A stretch of DNA of 64,000 bases from Octopus vulgaris. Lineage: Eukaryota. How positions within the stretch are numbered: the first letter of the stretch is position 1; each line of letters opens with the position of its first letter. Under the pieces are notes generated by a model. That model worked only from the letters and a program-made list of their open reading frames with translations. It did no database searches and had not been told where the DNA came from. Below are positions 53,142 to 64,000 of the stretch, in pieces. Made by a program: the position numbers and the translations under genes. The stretch covers positions 21,576,001-21,640,000 of the forward strand of contig OX597833.1 in the NCBI GenBank assembly GCA_951406725.2. The letters run 5' to 3'.

Positions 53142-53175
<34 letters not shown>
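52700..53175. repeat. (TATC)n microsatellite
   Basis: Direct inspection. Confidence 0.95.
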
Positions 53176-53499
53176 AAATGCTCATAAGTAAAAAAGTATA
53201 GGAGCATCTATGTAGTTAATACACCTAAGTGCTCAATTCAAAACAGCAAGTTTTTCTTTCTGCCAACACACCCTGCTCTCTTTAAAGAATAAGGAATAGA
53301 TCCACATTGTTTTTCGTTTTGTTTTGTTTGCTTTATGGTCTCTAGATCTCCATCTCATCCACCCCACTACCCACCTCCTTTCCTGTACACACAATAAAAA
53401 CAAGATGGCCCATTGATAATCATAACACTACCTAAAGGATTCTTTTGATCAGCTGTTTCCCTATCGTAATTGTACTGAAGCAACCCAACCACAACAACA

Positions 53500-53882
53500 G
53501 CAACTAAAAGTGCTGCTGCTGCTGCTTCTGCTATTACAACTACGTCTACTACGATTACTTCCACTACTGATGCCACTGCTTCTACTACTACTACCACCAT
53601 CATCACCTACGCTACTACTACTACTGCTGCTGCTACTACTACTACAACTACCACTACTACTGCTACTTCCACTACCACTAACACCACTACTGTAGCTGCT
53701 ACTACTATAACTACTAAAATACTACTACTACTACTTCCACTACTACTAATACCACTACAACCAGCATCACTACTGTTGCTGCTACTGCTACTACTGCTAC
53801 TACTACTACTACAACTATTACTACTACTTCCACTTCCACTAATACCATTACAACCAACACCACTGCTGCTACTACTACTATA

Positions 53883-53949
<67 letters not shown>

Positions 53950-54336
53950 AAATACTACTACTACAACTACTACTACTGCTACCACTACTACTGCTACTGA
54001 TGCTGCTGCTGTTACCACCACCACCACTACCATGCGGCTACTACTATTACTGATACTACTACTACTACTACTAAAATACTATACAACGACTACTGCTGCT
54101 ACTATTACCACCACCACCACTACCATACATTACTACTACTACTACTACTTCCCCTACTGCTAATACCACTACAACCAACATCACTACTGTTGCTGCTGCT
54201 GCTACTGCTACTACTACTTCTACTACTACTACTATTACTACTACTTCCAGTACCACTAATACCACTACAACCAACGCCACTACTATTGCTGCTGCTACTA
54301 CTATAGCTACTACTACTACTACAACTACTACTACTA

Positions 54337-54380
<44 letters not shown>

Positions 54381-54740
54381 GATACTGCTGCTGTTACCAC
54401 CACCACAACTACCATATGGCTACTACTATTACTACTAAAATACTACTACGACGACTACTGCTGCTACTATTACCACCACCACCACTACCATACATTACTA
54501 CTACTACCACTACTATGACTACAACTACTTCCAATACCACTACCACTACTACTGATGCTGCATATGCTGCTGCTGCTACTACTACTACTACTACCACCAC
54601 CACCATCATCATCCCCACCACCACTATCACCACCACCACTACCACCATCACTGATGCTGCTAATGCTGCTGCTGCTATTACTACGACTACTACTACTACT
54701 ACTACTACTACTACGACTACGACTACTACTACTACTGCTA
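53500..54740. repeat. about 1.2-kb degenerate (CTA)n/(CCA)n/(CTG)n tract with internal block duplications
   Basis: For example, TAAAATACTA..CGACTACTGCTGCTACTATTACCACCACC recurs near 54072 and 54436. Confidence 0.95.
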
Positions 54741-55275
54741 CAGGGAAGTACCTGATACAAGTTGGAGTTTGTTTGTTTTTGCTGAATCATAAAAGCAAAC
54801 AGCAACAGTGGAAACCCATTACAATAACAGTTTGTTAAGTGCTGTGTTTTTTCAGAAGAACCTATTTTTAATGACAACTCCCACATACCACATTATCTGA
54901 TTAGTAAAATGGGTGCCAGAAACAATAACAACAACAACAACAACTAAACATCATCATCATCATCATTTAATGTCCACTTTCCATGCTGGCATGGGTTAGA
55001 CGGTTTGCCTGGAACTGTTAAGCCACAGGGTTGCACAGAGTTCCAGTCTTGATTTGGCATGGTTTCTACGATTGAATGCCCTTCCTAATGCCAACCCCTC
55101 CGAGAATGTCGTGGGTGCTTTTTATGTGCTACTGGCACACGGGCGATGACAATAATTCCGTGGGTGCCATTTACATAACACTGGTAACAGCTTTGACTAT
55201 GATTTCACATGGCTTGACAATCTTCATTATTTACATTATTTACATTTGACGGACCTGGGTTCGAAATTTCCCCAT

Positions 55276-55321
55276 GACACCTGATGAAGGCTGGAGGGTA
55301 TATCAGCCGAAACATTGTTTT
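55276..55321 (+). ncRNA. minimal type I hammerhead motif in a PLE tail (partly decayed)
   Basis: GACAC-CTGATGA-A-GGCTG GAGGGTATAT CAGCC-GAAA-CA-TT-GTTTT. Confidence 0.75.
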
Positions 55322-55462
55322 AACAATAAACAAGATGAAGACAAATATCCGTCAAATGTAAATAATGTAAATAATGAGGCTATAGTAGAAGACACTTGCC
55401 CAAAGTGCCACGCAGTGGGACTGAACCCGGAACCATGTAGTTGGTAAGCAAGCTACATACCA

Positions 55463-55741
55463 AGGCCAGAACAATGTGAGGAGGTACAAAGAAAACTACA
55501 AAAGAAAAAGAAAACAAAACAAAACAAGGTTGCAGTTTTACCTTGTATTTCTATATTACAGGTTGAAGACTCCCTTCTTTTGGATAAAGCAGCAGTTGGA
55601 AAAAGTTGTTGATCGCTTTTTCCAAATGTCCTGAAGAAGGGGTCTTCACCCCGTAATATAGAAATACAAGGTAAAACTGCAGCTTTGTTTTGTTTTCTCC
55701 TTTTGTAGTTTACTTTGTTCCTTCTCACATTGTTCCAGCCT
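55463..55741. mobile_element. tail-to-tail inverted element with variant hammerhead motif at 55626-55665
   Basis: About 110-bp inverted arms; ATGTC-CTGAAGA-A-GGGG TCTTCA CCCC-GTAA-TA-TA-GAAAT. Confidence 0.7.
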
Positions 55742-57391
55742 CACAACCATAATTCCTCATCTCTTAAATATAGAACTTGACAATCTTCTCAGGCACATCA
55801 TATTGTGAAAGGTCTCGGTCACTTGTCATTCGAAGATCATGCTACTGGCAATGGCCAACAAAAACTTGTTTTATTACTCTGAAACCTCATCACCATTTAT
55901 ACCATTTTCTGGTTGCAACACACCCCTCCTCTCTTGTAAAATATGAATAGTTCTGTGCCTTCTCTACAGCAAAGTACCCTGTCCTGCTCTGGCCCTTTTT
56001 TTCATATATTATCCCTTTCTGCTCCCTATTCTCTGAGTATAAAGCTTCAATTCTTCACCCAGGGTTCGTAGTCTTGCAAGCTGTATGGCAATCCTGAATG
56101 GTGCTGACGGTACGTGAAAGAACAACCTAGTACATGGTGAATTGTAGTTGGCCATTAGGAAGGGCATCCAAGCCATGGAGAAAAAATCCTTGGAGAATTG
56201 AACTCATAACTTTATGATCATGAACTGAATACTCTAAACACTAAGCCATACATTTCACTTACACACACACACACACACACATTTATTTAGTGGTTTAAAA
56301 TTATGTATAGTACTATTTCATTCCTTTTAGGAATCTTCAGCATGATTTAACCTGCAAATTAGTAAATAAGATATATTACAATGAGAGACATTATATAATA
56401 ATTAAAAGTGAAGTTCGTTAAAGGAAAAGCAACCTAAAGCTTTGGTGCTGGAATGGGAGTTGGGTCAAGAAAGAGAATAATGGCTAAGGAGATGAAGAAT
56501 GGAGGAACAGAAGAATGGGAGAGAGCAAAAGATATAAGAAAAGGGACGTGGGGTACAGAATGAAGAAGGAGGAAAAAGGGAAGGAAGAGAAGAGGTGAAA
56601 ATGGCGGGAAAAAGATGGAAAGAAGAGGAAAGGTAAAGAAAGGTGGTGTGGAGAAGAGAAGGTGGGTAGTGGGAGGAGAAGGTAGAGGAGAAGAAACAAA
56701 CTAGAAAGAGAAGGAAGAGGAAAGTGGTGTGTTAGTATTAGTGATGATGATGATGATGGCAGTGACGATATTGGTAGGTCAGAAAATTTGAGAATAATTT
56801 GAGAGATTCTTAAAGAAAAAAAAAACAATATTTTCATAAAGATGTCACTGATATTGCAGCCAAGAGGAGTGTGTGTGTGCATGTGTGTATGTGCATGTAT
56901 GTGCATATATGTGAGTATGTGTGAGCATGTGTGCACTTGCATGTGTACATGTTGGTAAACATATGTGCAATGTGTGTGTGTTTGTATGTGCATGAGTGTG
57001 CATGTGTGGCATGTATGTGTGCATATGTGTGTATGCATGTGCATGTCCGTATATGTGCGTGTTTGCTCAACACATCTCCATATTAGTAAATGGGCCCCCA
57101 TCAATTTCAATGAAGGGTATTTGATCACTCACACTACCCTGCCTAGTCTAAGTGGTTGAGTAACATGTACCCTTAATATGATCACCAAGCAGAATCAATG
57201 GGCTCAACCTTTAAACTGCAGACACAATCCACCATTCAACAGGCTTTCATGCAATTTCTATAATCTCATTTTCTATCACAACACTTGGGTCAAGTTAGAG
57301 CTAAGGTAAAGACACTTGCCCAAGTAGAATTGAACCTGAGATCTCATGGTTACAAAGCATTTTGCCATGTTGTGTCCATACATTTCATATA

Positions 57392-57755
57392 CTGGTTTGA
57401 AATTTTGGCTCAAGGCCAGCAAATTCTGGAGGAGTGAGTATCTTGATTACATCAACCCCAGGGTTTAACTGGTACTTATTTTATTGGTCCTGAAAGGATG
57501 AAAGGCAATGTCCACCTTGAAAGAACACACAGAAAATATTGGCTTCAAATGTTGGCACAAGGCCATCAACTTCAAGGTAGGAGTTAAGTCGATTACATCA
57601 ACCCCAGTGCATATCTGGTATTTATTTTATCGACAGTGAAAAAATGAAAAGCAAAGTCGGCCTCACTGGAATTTGAACTCAGAGCATAAAGATGGACAAA
57701 ATGCTGCTAAGCATTTTGTCTGGTGTGCTACTGATTCTGCCAGCTCGCTGCCTTT
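57392..57755 (-). mobile_element. two tandem SINE B copies
   Basis: Family B core twice. Confidence 0.8.
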
Positions 57756-59597
57756 ACATTTCCTTATATTAATAAAGACATGCTTGTACACACATACACA
57801 TACACACAATGTAAAATACATACTTTCCATTCAATTGTCATCATAGAAACAAAAATTCCTTTACCTGTGCTCCAGTAAATACATTCACCTGGTGGTGCAT
57901 ATTTGTGCATGATGAGCTATGATCAGAAACCAGATCCTAGGGGCCAATTGAGCAGACAAACCGAGAGGTCCTGGTCTGAGATTGTTTGTACTGGAATGGT
58001 TTCTGATCCTTTTCTCCGATGTATGTCGGGATAAGTGAACCCAGCACCTGAAAACTAACAGAACACTCAGCAATTATTGTATATAGTACACACCTATGTA
58101 CAGTGGAGATTTGCACATCCACATGGTACCTATTTGCATCAGAGTGGGGCAGAGTCAGTAAGAGTTAAGTGTATGTGCACTGTTGTTGCAACATAACTCG
58201 AGGCCAGTGATGAGAATTGAATCATCAATTCTTTAATTGGTTTGTCTGATACTCTGTCAATTGATTCATCACCAGTTCCACATTCTTCCTTTAAACACAC
58301 ACACACAAAATGTATATATGTGAATATGTGTGTATGCATATGTATATGTATGTATTTATATATGTGCATATGTAAGTACATATGTATGTAGGTATGCATA
58401 TGTGTATGTGTATGTATGTGTGTCTGTGTATATACATATGTATATATGCAAATATATTTACATATATATATATATATGCATGTATATATGGGTGTGTGTG
58501 TGTGTGCATGCATGTGCATATATGTGTGTATTATAGATGTATATATATGCATATATAAAAGTAAATGTATATATACATATATATGTATGTCTATATATGT
58601 ATGTATATGTATGTATGTATATGTATGTATGATATATAATTGTGTATACATGTCTAATATGTATGTAAAACATATAAACACATGCAACAGATATATTGAT
58701 AACAGATAAGTACTTTCTCATAGAAAGAGCAAAAAATAAATAATTAAATAAATAAATAAAAGATTAAAAAAAAACAGTGTCAAACTTTTGAATTCAAGTT
58801 AATACAGTAAAGAAAGAAAATACAAAGTATATATATATACATATATATAAAAAAGCATAATTTCATTTTAAAAATCAATGAATCCATCACTGCATTAGTT
58901 GTGTTATGAAAGATCAAAACATGTATGTTAACTGTGTATAACAGTTCTTTGTAAATGGTTTTCTTCCCTTCCAAAACAAAAGAAACAAAGGCAAAACAAA
59001 CTCCGAAGCAAATTATCAATTTTCTGAGGTTTGGTTATGTTACCAGCCAGTGGCTATATTTACATATTGATTTATTTGTTATTGGTACACAAGGCCACAA
59101 ATTTCAAAAAGGGGGCAGGATGAGTAGGATAAGGACGAGGGGAATAAGGAGGAGGAAGAGGAGGAGGGATGATGTAGTATTTATGCCTTTTACAAGTATA
59201 TTAGTTGTGTAAACAAAATGAAGTGGTGGGGGCAGCGGGGAAAGAATGAACTGAAATAAAAATGAAACATGGGCTTTGGTCAGTATTTGAAACTGGATCA
59301 GAGATGTAGATTCGACCTTCGTCAGCCCACCCAGCCACCGATACATCAATGAAAACAACATAAGTGAGCCAAGCATATTATCTTTCTTAACCTTTTTTAC
59401 CACAGGTGAGGAACCATTTATCTTCTGGAAGAGCTAAGAACGGTTCGGTTCTTCTGGAAGAATACCATGTTTGGGGGAAAATATATTTTTGTTTATTTAA
59501 TTACATTTTATTTAAAGCATATCTTTTGTGATTGATTGTGAATAATATAAACTTCTGTATGTATTTCTTTATCTATGTTTGTAATTTCTTTGTTTAA

Positions 59598-60275
59598 CCC
59601 TTTTTGATACCAGTCTGCCCAAGACTGCCTTTGGTGCTAAGGTACAAACTTTTTGTTTTAAAGTCATCACAATTTAAATTTTCCATTAAATTTTTATGTA
59701 AATTTATGTTCCAAGTATAATAACAAAGTTATTTTCCAGAATTTGTCATTATTTTTCGAATTAACTGAAAACTAATGAAAATTGAAACTTAATGAAAATT
59801 AAAATTTCCCATTAAAATTTCATGTAAATCTATGTTCCAAGTTATTTTCCAGTATTGTCATTATTTTTCGAATTAATTGAAAACTAATGAAAATTGAAAC
59901 TTAAGTGAAAATTTAAATTTCCCATTAAAATTTCATGTAAATTTATGTTCCAAGAAGTTATTTTCCTGTATCTCCCTTATTTTTCAAATTAATTAAAAAT
60001 AAATGAAAATTGAAAATTAATTGACAATTAAAATTCCCTATCAAAACCTCATGTAAATATTATGTTCCAAACATACAAATGAAATTATTTTCCTGTATCA
60101 TCATCAGTTTTCAAATTAATTGAAATTAACAAAAATTGATGGAAAATTCAAATTTCTCATTAAAATTTCATGTAAACTTGTGTTCTAAACATTACAATCA
60201 AGTTATTTTATTGTATCTTTCAAATTACTTGAAACACAAAGGCTCTAATTCAACAGGAATATAGTAACAAAAGGG
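59598..60275. mobile_element. piggyBac-type MITE with about five internal 120-bp tandem units
   Basis: TTAA-CCCTTTTTGATACCA ... TAGTAACAAAAGGG-TTAA; unit ..CCATTAAAATTTCATGTAAATTTATGTTCCAA..TTATTTTCC..GAAAATTGAAA. Confidence 0.85.
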
Positions 60276-60455
60276 TTAAAGAAATGGCAAATGTTATTAA
60301 AACAGGAAATTTTCTTAAAAAAAAATAAAAGTTATGATTGAGGTATTTGTTTTGAAATTCTGCTTTTTTCCTCCAGTTTGTTAGAACTTCAGTGAATAAT
60401 AAATATTTTCTAAAATTATAGGTTTAGCAGTTTAATCATTTACCTGCCCAAAGTA

Positions 60456-61021
60456 TTGGGTTGTCCAGAAAGTTTGTGCCGATTTATAGTAGCTTACCTT
60501 TCGACTTATTTTAGAACATGGTTGAGTCCATAAAATAGGATTTGACTACACCTGTATTTAGAGCACAGTTTAAGCTATCTTTTTGTGGAAGAAGGTTTAT
60601 GTTCTTATAACCTGTGTTAATTCTGTAACCCTTTACAATGGAAGATAAGAAAGTTCATTTTCGGCACTTGATGCTTTGGGAACCAGACAAAAATTGCTGC
60701 AGCTTGGCTGGGATCTGTTACCCCACCCTCCATATTCAACAGATATTGCTCCTTCGGATTTCCTCTTATTCAGGTCTCTGCAGAATAGTGTTAATGGTAA
60801 AAATTTCAATTCCTTGGATGACATAAAAAGATACGTTGATGAATTCTTTGCCACGAAACCACTTCAATTCTGGGAAGAGGGTATTTTCAAGTTAAAGGAA
60901 AGATGAAGATGCATTGTGCAACAAAATGGTTCATATTTGGTTGATTAAAAATGTAATGGCAAGTATTTATTGACCTTTTTCTTTCCTTTAAAAATCGGCA
61001 TGAACTTTCCGGACAGCCCAA
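60456..61021 (+). mobile_element. internally deleted mariner with both TIRs and TA TSD
   Basis: TTGGGTTGTCCAGAAAGTTTGTGCCGATTT / AAATCGGCATGAACTTTCCGGACAGCCCAA; MEDKKVHFRHLMLWE joined to TRQKLLQLGWDLLPHPPYSTDIAPSDF. Confidence 0.92.
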
Positions 61022-61302
61022 TATTTTCATAAGTTTATCCTAAGTGTCCATGTTTGTTTTGTTTCATATGTTCTGAGTAATATAAAGCTTTGCTTTCATA
61101 AGACCCAATTTACTCGAGTGGTTGATAAAAAACTGGAAAAGTGTATCAAGCATGGACACCAAGAAAATATACACCCTGTGTAACACATGTGGTATAGAAG
61201 ACAGATAAAGGGTTAAAATTGCTTTGGAATGCAGTGTTATCAGATGGCAGTTAATTATCAGTGCAGCTTTCCAACACAAAAAATGGTTTTGCTGTTGGTT
61301 AA

Positions 61303-61881
61303 CCCTGTAGCATTCAAATTAAGAAGCTCACTTTGCAACCAAGAGGTTTTGGGTTCAGTCCTACTGCATGGCACTTTGGGCAAGTGTCTTCTACTATAGC
61401 CTCAAGCTGACCAATACTTTAGCAAGAAGGAAGCTGTGAGGATGCTTGTGTGTGTGTGTGTATTTGTGTGTGTGTGTTTGTGTGTGTATTTGTGTGTGTG
61501 TGCATGTGTGTATTTATGCTGTGTTTGTACCCTACTACTTATTATTTGACAACTGGAGTTGGTTCATTTACATCCTTAACAGTTTCAGAAAAAGAGACTG
61601 ATAGAATAAGTCCCAGACTTCAAAATTGACAATAAGCAGCAGGGTCACTGCAATAGCTGGGAAGGTAACCTTGCGATGGACCAGCATTCTGTCAAATGTA
61701 ACGCTTATTTATTCATTTATTATTTTGCATTAATCATGGCTTATCTTATAGCTGTGAGATTTCAATAATGTGATTGTTTAATTTTAGAATGACATTATAG
61801 GGTAGGTGTGAAAAGCCAGATGTGGCCAGTTTGGACATACAACAGATAAAGCCAAATCTGGCCGGTTTAAATGCTAAAGGG
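61303..61881. mobile_element. piggyBac-type MITE interrupted by SINE A-derived sequence (about 61320-61680)
   Basis: TTAA-CCCTGTAGCATT ... AATGCTAAAGGG; reverse homolog of 47810-48028. Confidence 0.75.
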
Positions 61882-62394
61882 TAAATAAAAGTATTTCAGT
61901 ATCTTATACATTTGTTCTCCCCCACCCCACCCCACCCCTTTCTGAATCTGAGGGATCCATTGAGGGATAAAGGTATTCATATGACTTTAACAAAATAAAA
62001 GCAAAAATATTTCTTTAAAAAATACTTTTTATGGTAACAAACCTTTTACTGGTACATTGAAGTTTAACATTTCAAAAGAACTGATATCAAAGACAGGAGG
62101 GAACAACTGAGGGAGACGGGTGGGTGCAAATACCCAGAATCACTTGTTGCATAAAAAATATATTGTCAAGTTGAGGTTCATGCAGATGATATAGTGAGGT
62201 AAGAAAACTTAATTAATTAAGTAATAATTAGATAAAATTTTCTTTCTCATTACAACACTTACATTAGCACTAATTATACTGTTTATGTCAAAGGTACACA
62301 GAAACACTATCTTTTTTAATATATTGTCCTAAATAAGGACAATGTAATGTAAAGAACTACAAAGAAGAGAAAGAAGGGGGCTACAAATTCAAAA

Positions 62395-62760
62395 GATGGA
62401 TGGAAAAGTCAAACGAGTGAATATCATAGAACAGGGAAAGACAAGATGATGATGGAAAGTTCTAGAAAAGCAGCAGTTTGAGGAAAGAAGCTGTTAGAAT
62501 AAAAAGGACAGAATAAAGAGAACAGTCGCACCTGGCAGAGAAGTGGACAGCTTCTTTAAAGATCTTTACGGAGGGTACTGGACAAGAAAGTTCATTGGAA
62601 CAATGACCATGGAAATATAGAAAGGACCGGAATGAAGATAAATTTTGATGATGTGTTAAAGACTCCAGCCTAGTTGAAGGAGCAGGACTCACCATATTAA
62701 CAACTTGATTGGGAATTTGATCACTATTAAGGTAAGAACTAATTCCTCAGATTGGCACAT
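62395..62760 (-). mobile_element. decayed CR1/Jockey-group LINE ORF2 C-terminus
   Basis: ORF 62462-62695: LESLTHHQNLSSF..YFHGHCSNELSCPVP resembles the L..L.HRR..SL.FY.Y.HG.CS.EL motif. Confidence 0.65.
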
Positions 62761-62807
62761 GGCAAAAAAATACATGTGAGATGATCATGGTGATACTGTT
62801 ATGTATG

Positions 62808-63041
62808 GAAGGTGGCGAGCTGGCAGAAACGTTAGCACGCCGGGCGAAATGCGTAGCTGTATTTCGTTCGCCGCTACGTTCTTAGTGTAAATTCCGCCGA
62901 GGTCGACTTTGCCTTTCATCCTTTTGGGGTTGATAAATTAAGTACCAGTTATGCACTGGGTTCAATGTAATCGACTTAATCCGTTTGTATGTCCTTGTTT
63001 GTCCTCTCTGTGTTTAGCCCCTTGTGGGTAATAAAGAAACA
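62808..63041 (+). mobile_element. full-length SINE family B with 16-bp TSD
   Basis: GATACTGTTATGTATG at 62792-62807 and 63042-63057; head GGTGGCGAGCTGGCAGAA; core GCCTTTCATCCTTTTGGGGTTGATAAA. Confidence 0.93.
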
Positions 63042-63630
63042 GATACTGTTATGTATGTGTGAGGGAGTGTATGGTGGTGGGTTGGTGGATGACACCTGGT
63101 GTCTGGGGACATTTTCAGTTGTAAATCAGAGATTGCACATCGATTGCCAACCTGGTTTTCCTACTGATTTTGTGTTTTTCATTTTAGTCTGATGGCAGAA
63201 GCTGTACCCTGGACATATACAGAACCTCTGACACAAGTGAAACCTTTATGGTTGATGCCCTTCTTTTGGAATAATGGTAAAAAGGGGATTACAGGGAGTA
63301 CATGTGGGTAGGGAGGAAATTTCAGAGTGATAACGCCAACATGGCTGTGTGGTTAAGAAGTCTGCTTTCCAGACAATAGTTTTAGGTTCAGTCCCACTGT
63401 GTAGAACTTTTGGCAAATGTCTTCTACAATAACTCTACCAGTTTCTATTCAGTTCCTGTCTACCAATTTCTACTAACATAATGTGTTAAGAAAATGCCTC
63501 TATAGCTCTGAGAAGACACATTTCACAAGGCACCATGCAGTTTGAATGAACTTAGAATTATATAGTTTCAAAGTGATCTGTTTCTGTTAATGTTGTTGGG
63601 GGTATTAATTATGTTAATATTTGTGGTGAT

Positions 63631-63848
63631 GAAGGTGGTGAGCTGGCAGAATTGTTAGCATGCTGGACAAAATGGTTTGTGGTATTTTGTTCATCCTTAT
63701 ATTCAGAGTTCAAATTCCGCTGCGGATGACCTTGCTTTTTCATGCTTTTGAAACTGATAAAACAAGTAACATTCAAGTGCTGGGGGGTCAATGTAATTGA
63801 CTAGCCCCTCCCCTCAAAATTTCAATCTTTGTACTTATAGTAAAAACG
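63631..63848 (+). mobile_element. diverged SINE family B
   Basis: Colinear with the 62808 head and core. Confidence 0.8.
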
Positions 63849-64000
63849 ATATATGTAGTGGTGTTCATGGCGATGTTAGTGATGTTTAACCACAGGTCAA
63901 TACTGACCTAAGAGATCCATGATTAAATACGTCCCTATCTTTTTGGTTTTATGGAGTGTTTTTTTTTTATCTATATGTAGAGAACGTAGAACCATGCCAA

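Larger units (their letters stand above)
54950..55845 (-). mobile_element. RTE-type 3'UTR split by the insertion at 55226-55775
   Basis: Homologous to 33214-33780; TSD CTTGACAATCTTC at 55213-55225 and 55776-55788. Confidence 0.8.

Overview
Eukaryotic, AT-rich, very repeat-dense DNA. The microsatellites, SINE families and mariner/RTE/Penelope content look like a cephalopod (Octopus-like) genome; this is inference. No intact, recognisable host gene was found, and most ORFs in the track are microsatellite translations. The window holds decayed Tc1/mariner elements (DD34D and DD37D/maT-like), RTE, CR1-group and R4/Dong-like LINE fragments, many copies of two tRNA-derived SINEs, several MITEs/foldbacks and tandem repeats. 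It also has two candidate + strand host exons (12986-13104; 26024 onward with a probable 3'UTR). The most notable signal is a set of Penelope-like element (PLE) remnants carrying hammerhead ribozyme (HHR) motifs. One has a fully canonical core (46758-46840, minus). Others have recurrent non-canonical cores (CUGUNGA; GUAA). One family has a tRNA-like Pol III cassette between the GIY-YIG stop and the ribozyme site. There is also an unexplained GC-rich, hairpin-packed segment of about 700 bp at 21688-22385. Coordinates were read by eye; ends of decayed elements are approximate.
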